From Bacteroidales bacterium UBA3754 (GTDB lineage: Bacteria > Bacteroidota > Bacteroidia > Bacteroidales > UBA1715), in the NCBI GenBank assembly GCA_002371705.1, contig DFGI01000068.1, forward strand, positions 16,911 through 80,910: DNA of 64,000 nt. Direction: 5' to 3'. Below, piece after piece: positions 50,316 through 60,963 of the stretch; within the stretch, counting starts at the first letter, position 1, and every line of letters starts with the position of its first letter. The position numbers and the translations under genes are program-made. The notes under the pieces were generated by a model. That model had not been told where the DNA came from and ran no database searches. It was given only the letters and a program-made list of their open reading frames with translations.

Positions 50316-52806
50316 CAAAATATGTACGGCAATTCTTGCTTCAATCTTTGCTTTAAATTGCATCGCCCAAAGAACGTATTTTTCGGGTGGTTACGGATAT
50401 TCTGTTTACATTTGTAACACCAAAACAGTACAATCGTGGGGCGACAATTACTACGGGCAATTAGGTCGCACCACTGAAGCAGAAAACGAGCGTACACCAG
50501 GGGCTATTCCATCACTTGAAAACATTGTGAGCATAGACGCTGGTTTCGGTGCAATTAGCTGCGCTCTAACGGCAAATGGGACAATTCTCACATGGGGTCA
50601 AAATCTGTATGGTGAATTAGGTCAGGGCGTTACGTGCCCAAATATTTGCAATACTGCAACAGCAGGACCAGTTTTAGGAGGAGAAACAGGCACAGAAATT
50701 CTCGAAAATGTAGTCGCCATTTCCGTGGGACAAATGCATGTGTACGCCCTACTCACAAGCGGCGAAGTAGTTGCGTGGGGCAACAACGACTATGGTCAAC
50801 TTGGCGATGGAACAACAACATCACACAATACGCCAGTGTATGTTAAACTGAACGAAACAACCCGTTTGTCGAATATTACTATGATAGCCGCAGGCGGAAG
50901 CCATGGTTATGCGCTCACTGCCGATGGAACCGTGTACGCATGGGGCGACAATCAAGCCAATCAATTGGGGTGTGGAGATTCAGAAAACCATAACTATCCA
51001 CAATTAGTTGTAGATAAAAATAAAAATCCATTAAAAAACATTAAAGAAATTGATGGTGGTCGGCAGTTCGGACTTATGCTCCATTCAAACAAAATGGTAT
51101 ATGGCGTTGGCGCATACAAAGGAACCCATATTGATAAAGATGGAATTCACTATCGTACAATGAATTACGCAGAATACGTAACTGGCGGAGAAACCCCAAC
51201 ATACTATTTGGAAAATGTGGAGGCAATTTCCGCTGGTTTTTCGCACGCCATGGCTATTATTGACGACAATGGTCTCAATCAAGTAGTTGCATGGGGCGAC
51301 AATCGTTTCGATGATTTGTTTCAAACAACAGGTGGACAAATTGGAAATGGAAATACCTTCCTCGCTCAATTTTATGCACCTGTGTATATGAAAACATCAG
51401 CAACGAAAAATATTTCGGGGGTTGTACGAATTTCGGCGGGTTGCGGTGTGTCGTACATTGAAACATACAACGAAAGCGTCAACGAAAACAAATTCTACGT
51501 GTGTGGCTGCAATTCCGTTGGACAGCTTGGACTTGGCGATAATATTGACCGATACTACCTAACAACCATCAAAAACATTTGTGAGCCTTATTGCGGCGCA
51601 TATTCGTTAGGAAAAGACAAAACACTTTGTACGCCAATATTTTACGACATAGAGACACCATTTTCAACTACACAATTCAATATTAAATGGTACAAAGATG
51701 ATATTCTCACTGACAACACCACCAACACATACAACGTGACAGAACCAGGAACGTACCGCATTCAAATAACCGATATTTCCGGCGATTGTCCCGATATTGA
51801 AAGCGACATCACAATAACCTCGCAAGCGCCTGATTTTAGCCCATTATACACATCGTTTTGCGGATCTGAAATAGAATTTAAAGTTGCCGGCGACAGCGCA
51901 ATCAATTGGTACAACGCACAAAATGGCTACAAAATAGGTTCCGGAAACACGATTACCACATCAAAATATTTCTGCGAAGAAATCATTGCCGACAGCGTAT
52001 ATCAAATTTGGGTGGAACACGAAAATGTCTGTCAGCCAATCCCAATGCGGAGCATAAAGAAATGCGCATGCTCGGTACCCGCCCCTCCAAGTATTGACAC
52101 TGCATTTTGCTACAATCGCGAAAACACCATTACAATTGATGGCGACAGCATCGTGTGGTATGCCGATGAAAATCTCCAGAAACCGATTTATTTAGGAAAC
52201 ACTATTTCATTGTACGACAAAACAATAGATACGGTTACTTTATATACTACTTCAATACAAAACAATTGTGAAAGTAACGCATCCCCAACAACAATTTTTA
52301 AATATTATTGCACACCGTGGTACAGCATTTCGGGCACAGTTGTTGACGATTCCAACACTCCAATCAAGAATGCAAAAGTATTACTGTATTGCAACGAAGA
52401 AAAAGCAACTGATTCGTGCCGAACCAACGAAAAAGGTGAATTTTCGCTAATTACGCACTACTGCATTGGGCAAATCCTTGTGGAATCACCATTACCAAGC
52501 TACCACGACACGTGGGCGGGAAACACAATTTTGAAGGACTACGCCTATGATTTTGAAATTGACGCCACAATCAAACACTTGACTATTACAATGTGCCCTA
52601 CTTCAACTAATATTGAAAATATTTCCCCTAACACAATATGGGAGAACGGATTACGTGCTACAATCCACACTATTGAAGGACAAAAAATCGCATCATTCCC
52701 AATAGAATCAAAACCATTTTCGATTTTACGACAATACCCCAAACCAATATACGTGATAGTGTCTGATGCTGACGGAAATAAACATAACTTCCTTTTAATT
52801 AACTAA
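50302..52806 (+). CDS. Secreted RCC1-repeat (seven-blade beta-propeller) protein with Ig-like repeats, a CarboxypepD_reg-like domain and a T9SS-like C-terminal tail
   Basis: Signal peptide from the ATG at 50302. Blades: WGDNYYGQLG, WGQNLYGELG, WGNNDYGQLGDG, WGDNQANQLGCG, WGDNRFDD, CGCNSVGQLGLGD. 'WY' Ig-like repeats are present. YSISGTVVDDSNTPIKNAKVLLY. The tail is ATIHTIEGQKIASFPIES...IYVIVSDADGNKHNFLLIN. Confidence 0.75.
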   Translation: MTSTNKICTAILASIFALNCIAQRTYFSGGYGYSVYICNTKTVQSWGDNYYGQLGRTTEAENERTPGAIPSLENIVSIDAGFGAISCALTANGTILTWGQNLYGELGQGVTCPNICNTATAGPVLGGETGTEILENVVAISVGQMHVYALLTSGEVVAWGNNDYGQLGDGTTTSHNTPVYVKLNETTRLSNITMIAAGGSHGYALTADGTVYAWGDNQANQLGCGDSENHNYPQLVVDKNKNPLKNIKEIDGGRQFGLMLHSNKMVYGVGAYKGTHIDKDGIHYRTMNYAEYVTGGETPTYYLENVEAISAGFSHAMAIIDDNGLNQVVAWGDNRFDDLFQTTGGQIGNGNTFLAQFYAPVYMKTSATKNISGVVRISAGCGVSYIETYNESVNENKFYVCGCNSVGQLGLGDNIDRYYLTTIKNICEPYCGAYSLGKDKTLCTPIFYDIETPFSTTQFNIKWYKDDILTDNTTNTYNVTEPGTYRIQITDISGDCPDIESDITITSQAPDFSPLYTSFCGSEIEFKVAGDSAINWYNAQNGYKIGSGNTITTSKYFCEEIIADSVYQIWVEHENVCQPIPMRSIKKCACSVPAPPSIDTAFCYNRENTITIDGDSIVWYADENLQKPIYLGNTISLYDKTIDTVTLYTTSIQNNCESNASPTTIFKYYCTPWYSISGTVVDDSNTPIKNAKVLLYCNEEKATDSCRTNEKGEFSLITHYCIGQILVESPLPSYHDTWAGNTILKDYAYDFEIDATIKHLTITMCPTSTNIENISPNTIWENGLRATIHTIEGQKIASFPIESKPFSILRQYPKPIYVIVSDADGNKHNFLLIN

Positions 52807-52811
52807 TTACG

Positions 52812-52839
52812 CATTGAGCATTACACATTGAGCATTATA
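52812..52839. repeat. Heptad-periodic tandem repeat (cattgag cattaca cattgag cattata) in a convergent intergenic spacer
   Basis: Read directly from the sequence. It is also describable as a 14-nt tandem duplication with one mismatch. Confidence 0.85.
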
Positions 52840-55555
52840 AAAACCGCATTTCCACCCGTCGGTTTTTCGCCCTGCCTTCTTCTGTATCGTTGGTCGTTGC
52901 TGGTTTTGTTTCGCCATAGCCTACAACCGTAAACAGAGATTCATCGCAACCTTCCTTTACCAAGAATGCTTTTACCGCCTCGGCACGACGGAGCGAAAGC
53001 GCCATATTGTAGTCATCTTCCCCATTGCTGTCGGTGTGACCAGCAATTTCGATACGTAAATTATTGGATATGATGATTTTAGCAACACGTTGCAGTTCGG
53101 GAATGGAATAAGCCAACAAATCACTTTTGTTATTGTCGAAAAACAAATTATTCAAGCGAACCGCAGCCTTTTGTTCCTTCATTTCTTTGAAGGATGTCAC
53201 CACAATATTTTTAGAGACTGTCTGCGCCGTTTTTTCATTCGTCAAATCAATATTTTCCGACTGAGGATAATAACGTTCATCTTCAACATAATAGCCATAC
53301 ATTTTACCATTTGGCAACACCGTAAAATATTGACCATCAACAGGATTCGATTTAGATTTTTCAATAATATCTCCTGACGACAAATCTTCCCAAACTATCT
53401 GGGTTTCAACAGCTTTACCTTGTGTATCGGTAATTTTTCCCGTGATGTTCACCACTGCTTCGGGGCGGAATTTTTCAGGAATGGTGATTTCAAACAAGTC
53501 ATTTTGTTTTGCGCCAGTTTCACGCGCTGCATAATAGAAATCCTTGCCGTTCGGCGCAATTCGATACCCCCAGTTTTCCTCTGATGTATTGATTTCCTTG
53601 CCCAAATTGATTGGTTCGCTCCAGCAATCCCAGCACGTATCAGCAAGACGTGTGGACACAAACACATCAAGGTTTCCCAAACCACCATGCCCATCGGAAC
53701 TAAAATACAACGTTTTCATATCGTGATGAAGAAAAGGACTTCGTTCCACGTACATTGTATTGATAGTTGGTCCCAAATTGATAGGTTTACTCCAGCCTTT
53801 GTCGGTTTTCAGCGATACGTAAATATCTGATTGATGGTGAATTGCGCCATGATACACGCCCAAATTCGCATTTTGTCGGGTAAATAAATTATAGCCTTCG
53901 TCACGAACGGAAGCAAAAATGATCGCATTTCCATCGCTTGTAATCATTGCATCGGCGGACCATTTCGCATTGTTAATTTCCTCGGAAACGTTCACGCCAG
54001 CTTCCCATCCGTAAGTACCTTTCTGTGAGGAATAAATAACACCTTCCTTAAAATACAGCATCTGTGTACCATCAGTGCTGACACTTATAACCGCCTCGTT
54101 GGTCATTGGATTCGAAAGTTCACGGACAAGCTGTGGTGTGCCCCATTCACCATTCGTCCATTCCGAGACAAAAATATCTTCGGATTTTCCAACATTATCA
54201 GGACGATTTTTTCCACAGAAATACAAGTAATTATTGTCCGCCGTGATGATTGGCGAATATTCCCCGCCCGATTTTGTATTGATGTTTCCTGAAAATTCAC
54301 GCACGGTAATCGTTTTATCCTCTGCAGCCGATAAAATTTGCAGTAAATCACTGATTCTCTTATCGTTTGCTCCAAAATACGATTGTAGCGACGAAACAGT
54401 TTTTATAGCTTTTTTCCAATTTTTCGCAGCAATATCATTGGAAATCAACTTTTGAAGCACCACAAATGCCCGTTCTTTGGGAGCAGCCATTTTTATGTAT
54501 TCAACAAATAAGCGGTACGATTTCACCGAATCAAATGGTTCCATCAAGTCCAGCGCATCGCCTTTGCCCGCAACCTTGAAATCCTTCGCTATCAACGTAT
54601 CGAGAAATGTTCGTGGATACATATCCACAAACGTATAGAGCGTGTAAGCCTCGCCATCCTGCGTAAACTCCTTGTAAAATTCATACAGCGCATACTCAAA
54701 ATCCAATTCGCGGCTATACTCCACCGTTTTTTGCATCAACGGAATATCCTTATGTTGCTTTGCGATTGCCATCATTTTTCGAAGAGCAGGCACAGCCAGC
54801 GAACTACCAGGATTTGCCTTCACAAACATTTCATAATCGCGATAACTGCCACCTTTCGATGATGCGGAAAAGATTTTGTTCACATATTTCTGCTGAATAT
54901 CAGCAACATACTCACTATTCGGATAATTCTTCAAAAATTCCATAAACGCATCCGCACTATTCTTCCGCACCGCATCATCATAGGCAAGTTTATCGCGACG
55001 TTTCATAGCCAAAGGCGCTTCACTGGCATCGGGATACAAAGAAATAAAATCCTGATATGCCGCTACAGTATTCAATTGCTGAGCTTCGAGATACGCCAAT
55101 GAATTTCTGTATGTCACAATCGTATTCTGTAACTCTGGCGATGCTTTCTTATACTTTTTCAAAAAACTATTGCACAGAGTTACCGATTTCGATTGAATAA
55201 CCATATCGAACAACCGTTGGCAAACCGTGTCCAAGTCCTTCTGCACCTTTTTTGCAGTCACAAACTTAGCATAACGTTCCCGTTCAGCAGGCGTAACCTT
55301 GCTCAACTCATTTTTTGCCGTCAACAAATACGTATATGCCTTGTCGTAATCATATTTTGCATAATCAGTATTGGAATACATTAAGCCTGCTACGTGGTTA
55401 TACACAATGTCTTTAGGCTGTTTTTGCAACCCTGGGACAACTTTTTTCTCCAACTTATCCCATTCGCCAGCCTTATATTGTTTATACAGAGCATCTTGCG
55501 AGAATGTTACGCCCGCATACAACAACAATACGATTACAAAAGCAAGTTTTTTCAT
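52835..55555 (-). CDS. OmpA-family protein with a long TPR-like N-region and PD40/TolB-like repeats
   Basis: Signal peptide MKKLAFVIVLLLYAGVTFSQ. PD40-type repeats (EYSPIITADNNYLYF, ERSPFLHHDMKTLYFSS). OmpA C-terminus GHTDSNGEDDYNMALSLRRA...NRRVEMRFL. Confidence 0.8.
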   Translation of the reverse strand: MKKLAFVIVLLLYAGVTFSQDALYKQYKAGEWDKLEKKVVPGLQKQPKDIVYNHVAGLMYSNTDYAKYDYDKAYTYLLTAKNELSKVTPAERERYAKFVTAKKVQKDLDTVCQRLFDMVIQSKSVTLCNSFLKKYKKASPELQNTIVTYRNSLAYLEAQQLNTVAAYQDFISLYPDASEAPLAMKRRDKLAYDDAVRKNSADAFMEFLKNYPNSEYVADIQQKYVNKIFSASSKGGSYRDYEMFVKANPGSSLAVPALRKMMAIAKQHKDIPLMQKTVEYSRELDFEYALYEFYKEFTQDGEAYTLYTFVDMYPRTFLDTLIAKDFKVAGKGDALDLMEPFDSVKSYRLFVEYIKMAAPKERAFVVLQKLISNDIAAKNWKKAIKTVSSLQSYFGANDKRISDLLQILSAAEDKTITVREFSGNINTKSGGEYSPIITADNNYLYFCGKNRPDNVGKSEDIFVSEWTNGEWGTPQLVRELSNPMTNEAVISVSTDGTQMLYFKEGVIYSSQKGTYGWEAGVNVSEEINNAKWSADAMITSDGNAIIFASVRDEGYNLFTRQNANLGVYHGAIHHQSDIYVSLKTDKGWSKPINLGPTINTMYVERSPFLHHDMKTLYFSSDGHGGLGNLDVFVSTRLADTCWDCWSEPINLGKEINTSEENWGYRIAPNGKDFYYAARETGAKQNDLFEITIPEKFRPEAVVNITGKITDTQGKAVETQIVWEDLSSGDIIEKSKSNPVDGQYFTVLPNGKMYGYYVEDERYYPQSENIDLTNEKTAQTVSKNIVVTSFKEMKEQKAAVRLNNLFFDNNKSDLLAYSIPELQRVAKIIISNNLRIEIAGHTDSNGEDDYNMALSLRRAEAVKAFLVKEGCDESLFTVVGYGETKPATTNDTEEGRAKNRRVEMRFL

Positions 55556-55559
55556 GCGT

Positions 55560-57923
55560 CTAATTTTTTAATGGGGGAACCTCCTCATCAACGCCGTCGG
55601 TATTACCGCCCAACGAATCCACACTTGTTGAATCGTTTTTCGGGACATAGACAGTATAGCAAGAATACGGACGATTCTTCAAACCTTTCAGGTGGCGAGG
55701 GAAACGGCCTCTATATTGAGCAAATGCGCTATCGTTTATGACCTTTTCCATAAACAATCCATACATTGGCAACGCGGTTCTTCCGCCCTCGCCCAACGAC
55801 GATGTACGAAAATGTACGCACCGTTCCTCCGCTCCAACCCACGAACCAACAACCAAATGCGGCGTAACTCCAACAAACCAACCATCAGAGTAATTCGACG
55901 ATGTGCCTGTTTTTCCACCGAAATCAGTATCGTGGGCGAACAATTTATAACTAAACAAATTCTGCGTTGTTCCGTATGGTTCTCGCAACGACGCAATAAA
56001 CATTTGTTGCATAAGGAACACTGTCACCGAATCCAATACTTTTTCCCGCATTGGTTCAAAGGTTTTCAACACATTGCCGTCCTTATCCTCTATTCTCGTA
56101 ACAAACATTGGTTCAACACGATAGCCAGAATTCAAAATCGGGCAATACGCATCGGTCAATTCCAACAATGTTACATCGCTCGACCCCAAACATATTGACG
56201 GAACGGTGTCGAGTGGCGATTTTATACCCATTTGATGAGCTTGGTTGATAACTGTTTCAACACCAATCTTTTGCGTCAATTGCACACTAATGGTATTCAA
56301 CGAGTGCGCAAAGGCATATTTAAGACCTACATTGCCATTCACATACGTGCGGTCAGCATTTCGTGGCACCCACGATTTCTTCTCGCCTTTTTCCACATAA
56401 TTGATGGTGATTGGCATATCGGACAAACTATCGCAAGGCGACCAACCATTAGCCATAGCCGCTGTGTAAACAAATGTTTTGAACGACGAACCCGGCTGGC
56501 GCATAGAACGGACATTATCGTATTTAAAATGATTATAATCCAACCCACCCACATAGGCTTTTATCGCACCCGTTTCCGGTTCAATGGCAACCAACCCGGT
56601 ATGCAGCAACCGTTTCAAATAATTTGTGGCTTCCACGAAACTACACACCGTGTCGATGTCACCTTTCCACGAAAACAGCTTTTGCGCACGTCTTTCGTTA
56701 ATGTAATAATCTATAGAATCCTGATTACCTTTATATTTCGCGCTCAATCGGCTGTAATACCACGATTTGCGAATCACATTTTCAAGAAAATTCGGAATCT
56801 CCTTTTTATTGCCGTCAATCCACGGATTTTGGTTTTTCCAGTGTGCGTCGAATTGTTTTTGTACCCGTTTCATATTTTGCGTCATAGCCTCCTCGGCATA
56901 CACTTGCATATCGTAATTCAATGTGGTATAGATTTTTAGGCCATCGGCAAAAATATCCAATTCATTTTCTTTGAGCCACGGTTTCAAATATGCATACACC
57001 GCTTGACGAAAATAATTTCCAATGCCTTCTATGGGCGATTCCACTTTGTAATGCAACGTAATTGGCTGAACAACAACACTATCGTACAATGCGTGTGAAA
57101 TTACCCCCTCGCGTTTCATAATGCCAAGCACCACATTCCGTCGTCCGAGTGAACGATCGGGATTCAGCACGGGACTATACGCCGTAGGCGCTTTCAACAT
57201 ACCAATCAGCACGGAGCACTCGTTTGCGTCCAAATCTTTCGGTTCCTTGTTGTAGAACGTTTTTGCAGCCGCTTTGATGCCGTAGGAATTGCTGCCAAAG
57301 TCAACCGTATTGAAATACAAAGTCAATAGTTCTTCTTTGGTGAAGTGCATTTCAATCCGCACCGCTGAAATCCATTCCTTCGATTTAATCACAAACATTT
57401 TCACACCAGGAATTTTTCCCAACAGGCCGTGGTCCTGTTTACGTGTTTTGAAAAGATTTTTCACCAACTGCTGACTAATTGTACTTCCTCCCCGTGGATT
57501 GCCCTTCAGCATATCTTTTATTACAGGCAGCAATGCTTTGAAATCAATGCCATGATGTTCGTAGAAACGAGTATCTTCGGTCGCTATCAACGTATTTATG
57601 AGCAATGGAGACAAGTCTTCGTAGGTTACCGGCGTGCGGTTTTCGTAGAAAAACTTGCCTATAAGCCGTCCATCATCAGCATACACCTCCGACGCCACAC
57701 ACTGCTGCGGATTTTTCAGTTCACGGATCGACGGTGAATAGCCGAACAAATTGAACAAATTCACTTCAACAGCCGCCACATAGCAAAACGCCACAAGCAA
57801 GCAGAATAAAAACCATCGGAAACACCTCACATACAAAGGTTTACCTTTGGCAAGAAACCAACGGAAAAATGCACAGACCACTGTCCACGCTTTTTTGCCA
57901 TATTTTTTACATAGTTCCCACAT
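55560..57923 (-). CDS. mrcA: Penicillin-binding protein 1A (bifunctional glycosyltransferase/transpeptidase)
   Basis: GT51 motifs ATEDTRFYEHHGID and RGGSTISQQLVKN. Transpeptidase motifs GSSFKTF and GGKTGTS. The ATG at 57923 is preferred over the listed TTG at 57938. Confidence 0.9.
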   Translation of the reverse strand: MWELCKKYGKKAWTVVCAFFRWFLAKGKPLYVRCFRWFLFCLLVAFCYVAAVEVNLFNLFGYSPSIRELKNPQQCVASEVYADDGRLIGKFFYENRTPVTYEDLSPLLINTLIATEDTRFYEHHGIDFKALLPVIKDMLKGNPRGGSTISQQLVKNLFKTRKQDHGLLGKIPGVKMFVIKSKEWISAVRIEMHFTKEELLTLYFNTVDFGSNSYGIKAAAKTFYNKEPKDLDANECSVLIGMLKAPTAYSPVLNPDRSLGRRNVVLGIMKREGVISHALYDSVVVQPITLHYKVESPIEGIGNYFRQAVYAYLKPWLKENELDIFADGLKIYTTLNYDMQVYAEEAMTQNMKRVQKQFDAHWKNQNPWIDGNKKEIPNFLENVIRKSWYYSRLSAKYKGNQDSIDYYINERRAQKLFSWKGDIDTVCSFVEATNYLKRLLHTGLVAIEPETGAIKAYVGGLDYNHFKYDNVRSMRQPGSSFKTFVYTAAMANGWSPCDSLSDMPITINYVEKGEKKSWVPRNADRTYVNGNVGLKYAFAHSLNTISVQLTQKIGVETVINQAHQMGIKSPLDTVPSICLGSSDVTLLELTDAYCPILNSGYRVEPMFVTRIEDKDGNVLKTFEPMREKVLDSVTVFLMQQMFIASLREPYGTTQNLFSYKLFAHDTDFGGKTGTSSNYSDGWFVGVTPHLVVGSWVGAEERCVHFRTSSLGEGGRTALPMYGLFMEKVINDSAFAQYRGRFPRHLKGLKNRPYSCYTVYVPKNDSTSVDSLGGNTDGVDEEVPPLKN

Positions 57924-57927
57924 ATTC

Positions 57928-60540
57928 TTATTTTTCAAGGAATTTCTTAATATCGTTTAATTTATTCAAAGCCTCTATCGGCGTTAAATTATTAATTTCT
58001 ATGCCAAGCAGTTCATCGCGGATTTGCGACAGCACTGGGTCATCCAATTGGAAAATGCTCATTTGATAGCCTTCGCGCGTCTGCTCTATTTCTTTCAACG
58101 GTTTTGTCAACGCTTTTGCGTTTTCGCTGGAACCCTCAAGTTCCTTCAGAATCTCGTTGGCTCGTTTCACCACCGATTTCGGCATACCAGCCATTTTCGC
58201 CACGTGGATACCAAAACTATGTTCGCTTCCGCCGCGCACGAGTTTCCGCAGGAATATAACCTTTTGATTTTGTTCACGCACCGAAACATTATAATTCCGT
58301 ACACGAGGAAACGCCTTTTCTAGTTCATTAAGTTCATGATAATGAGTGGCAAACAATGTTTTTGGCCGTGCTGTCGGACATTCGTGCAAATACTCCACAA
58401 TCGACCATGCAATGGATATTCCATCGTAGGTGCTGGTGCCCCGTCCAAGTTCATCGAACAAAACAAGGCTGTGGCTCGTCATATTGTTCAAAATATTTGC
58501 CGCCTCGTTCATTTCGACCATGAATGTGGATTCACCCTGCGAAATATTGTCGGATGCGCCCACACGGGTAAACACCTTGTCAACCACGCCCATAGTAACC
58601 GCACTTGCAGGCACAAAACACCCCATTTGCGCCATAAGCACAATCAACGCCGTCTGCCGCAGCAAAGCTGACTTACCAGCCATATTCGGACCAGTGATGA
58701 TGATAATCTGCTGTTTCTCATCATCTAAATACACATCATTGTCAATATACTGCTCGCCTGGAGGCATTTCCGTTTCTATCACAGGATGACGGCCATTCTT
58801 AATGTCGAGCACCATAGAATCGTTGATTTCCGGACGACAGTAATTATTTGACAGCGAAATACTTGCAAACGAGAACAAACAATCAATCTGGGCAACAATA
58901 CTTGCATCAAGTTGAATTGTTTCAATGTATTGCGAAATACTTTGCACCAAATTTGTGTAAAGCTGTTGTTCAATTTCAAGAATGCGCGACTCCGCGCCGA
59001 GAATTTTTTCCTCGTATTCTTTTAATTCCTCCGTAATATAGCGTTCAGCCCCCACAAGCGTTTGTTTGCGGATCCAGTCGGATGGCACTTTATCCTTATG
59101 CGTGTTTCGGACCTCAATGTAATAGCCAAACACATTGTTAAAAGCGACCTTTATTTTGGGAATGCCCGTGCGTTGTTCCTCGCGTTCCTGCATTTTCAGC
59201 AGATAATCCTTACCATTGTAGGCAATGTCGCGCAGTTCATCAAGTTCCTTGTTGACGCCAGAATTAATTATATTTCCTTTGTTTATGGCGTTTCCCGCTT
59301 CGGGATTGATTTCCCGCACAATTCGTTCACGCAAAGCGTCGCAGGAATTCAACTGATTGGCAAAAGCCTGTAATGTTTCATTTGCTGATTCGCCGCACAA
59401 TTTTTTCAATGGCTCGATGCCAGCCAATGTCCGTTCCAACTGAAGAATTTCGCGTGGTGTGATTCGATTAGTCGCCACACGGGCGATGATACGTTCCAAG
59501 TCACACATAGCCGAAAGTTGGCAAGAAAGCTCATCAACCACATCAGGTTGTTCCACAAATGATTGCACAACGTCCAAACGAGCGTTGATGTCGCTTATTT
59601 TTCGCAACGGCAACGCAATCCAACGACGGAGCAAACGCGCTCCCATTGATGTTTTCGTTTGGTCAAGAACCGAAAGCAATGTTTTTGCACCTTGGTTTTC
59701 CGAACCAAACAATTCCAAATTGCGAATGGTGAATTTATCAAGCCAAACATAGGTTTCCATATCAATACGTGCAATGTTGCGTATGTGTCCCACGCATTTA
59801 TGCTCCGTAATGTCGAGATAATGCAGGATTGCGCCTGCGGAAATTATCGCTTGCGGCATTTCATCAATACCAAAACCTTTCAACGATGTGGTTTCAAAAT
59901 GCGATAAAAGCTTGTCGGTAGCCGCCTCCGTGGTAAAAATCCAATCATCGAGTTTGGAAACGCATACATTTTCCCGATAGAGATTTTCTTTATATAAATG
60001 TTCCTGTTCCCTATTGAACAATAATTCTTTCGGCTGAAAACTGTTCAATAATTTTTCCACATAATCAACCGAACCCTGCCCAACCAAAAATTCACCTGTG
60101 GAAATGTCAAGAAACGCGACCCCAACCATGGAATGTGAAAAATACAAAGCTGCGAGAAAATTATTTTCTCGGTTTTCCAGAATACTATCGCTCAACGAAA
60201 CACCGGGCGTTACGAGTTCAATAATGCCTCGTTTCACCAATGTTTTGGTCTTCGAAGGGTCTTCAAGCTGCTCGCAAATGGCAACCCGTTGCCCCGCACG
60301 TACCAATTTGGGCAAATACGTATTGAGCGCGTGAAACGGGAATCCAGCCATTTCTGTTTCGTTGGGAGTTCCTGCCGCACGGCGCGTGAGTGTTATACCC
60401 AGAATCTGCGACGTGAGCACCGCATCGGAAGAATACGTTTCGTAAAAATCGCCCACTCTGTACAGCAATATCGCATCGGGATGCTTTTCCTTCATTTGGA
60501 AATATTGCCGCATCATAGGTGTATCAATAGATTTCGCCAC
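57928..60540 (-). CDS. mutS: DNA mismatch repair protein MutS
   Basis: [30 protein letters not shown]. Walker [26 protein letters not shown]. The start codon appears to be GTG. Confidence 0.95.
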   Translation of the reverse strand: MAKSIDTPMMRQYFQMKEKHPDAILLYRVGDFYETYSSDAVLTSQILGITLTRRAAGTPNETEMAGFPFHALNTYLPKLVRAGQRVAICEQLEDPSKTKTLVKRGIIELVTPGVSLSDSILENRENNFLAALYFSHSMVGVAFLDISTGEFLVGQGSVDYVEKLLNSFQPKELLFNREQEHLYKENLYRENVCVSKLDDWIFTTEAATDKLLSHFETTSLKGFGIDEMPQAIISAGAILHYLDITEHKCVGHIRNIARIDMETYVWLDKFTIRNLELFGSENQGAKTLLSVLDQTKTSMGARLLRRWIALPLRKISDINARLDVVQSFVEQPDVVDELSCQLSAMCDLERIIARVATNRITPREILQLERTLAGIEPLKKLCGESANETLQAFANQLNSCDALRERIVREINPEAGNAINKGNIINSGVNKELDELRDIAYNGKDYLLKMQEREEQRTGIPKIKVAFNNVFGYYIEVRNTHKDKVPSDWIRKQTLVGAERYITEELKEYEEKILGAESRILEIEQQLYTNLVQSISQYIETIQLDASIVAQIDCLFSFASISLSNNYCRPEINDSMVLDIKNGRHPVIETEMPPGEQYIDNDVYLDDEKQQIIIITGPNMAGKSALLRQTALIVLMAQMGCFVPASAVTMGVVDKVFTRVGASDNISQGESTFMVEMNEAANILNNMTSHSLVLFDELGRGTSTYDGISIAWSIVEYLHECPTARPKTLFATHYHELNELEKAFPRVRNYNVSVREQNQKVIFLRKLVRGGSEHSFGIHVAKMAGMPKSVVKRANEILKELEGSSENAKALTKPLKEIEQTREGYQMSIFQLDDPVLSQIRDELLGIEINNLTPIEALNKLNDIKKFLEK

Positions 60541-60684
60541 TACTCTACATTTTTTAGAAATCCAAAAATACTACTTTATACCAAGTTACTTATCGTGGGC
60601 GACAACCTTTGTTTCAACAATTTTTCAAACAATGGGATATAAAACAAAAAATCCCTACATTATTATGTGTAAGGATTCAAATGT

Positions 60685-60757
60685 CGGGGTTACCCGACTT
60701 GAACGGGCGACCTCTACGTCCCGAACGTAGCGCGCTACCAACTGCGCTAAACCCCGA
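60685..60757 (-). tRNA. tRNA-Pro (anticodon CGG)
   Basis: The reverse complement folds as a cloverleaf. Acceptor stem CGGGGTT/AACCCCG plus discriminator A. D arm GCGC-AGTTGGTA-GCGC. Anticodon arm CTACG-TTCGGGA-CGTAG. T arm GCCCG-TTCAAGT-CGGGT. 73 nt, with CCA not encoded. Confidence 0.9.
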
Positions 60758-60767
60758 AAACCGTGGC

Positions 60768-60775
60768 AAAAATAA
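60768..60775 (-). promoter_or_regulatory. -7 box TATTTTTG upstream of tRNA-Pro
   Basis: The minus strand reads TATTTTTG, 10 nt upstream of the mature tRNA 5' end. Confidence 0.4.
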
Positions 60776-60963
60776 TAAATTTCGGTTGTAACGCACAATC
60801 GTCTATCTCCTTTTTTTCAAAATTAACGGTTGTTCTATCATTGAACTTAGATAACAATCTGATTATCAATCAAATATAATAAATAACACATTACACAAAT
60901 ATTTTTTACAAAAAAATTATACTATTACAACTTTTTCCTATATTTGTTTTAAAAACAGATTTT

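Noticed and set aside
56232-56939. 235-aa plus-strand ORF, along with 55692-56198 (168 aa)
   Set aside because: Both are antisense to PBP1A, whose GT51 and transpeptidase motifs are unambiguous. No signal or motif is recognisable.
60541-60963. tRNA-Pro as the attachment site of an integrated element
   Set aside because: There is no integrase, no direct repeat of the tRNA 3' end, and no mobility gene on either side. The flanks are mutS and a chromosomal-looking phosphatase.
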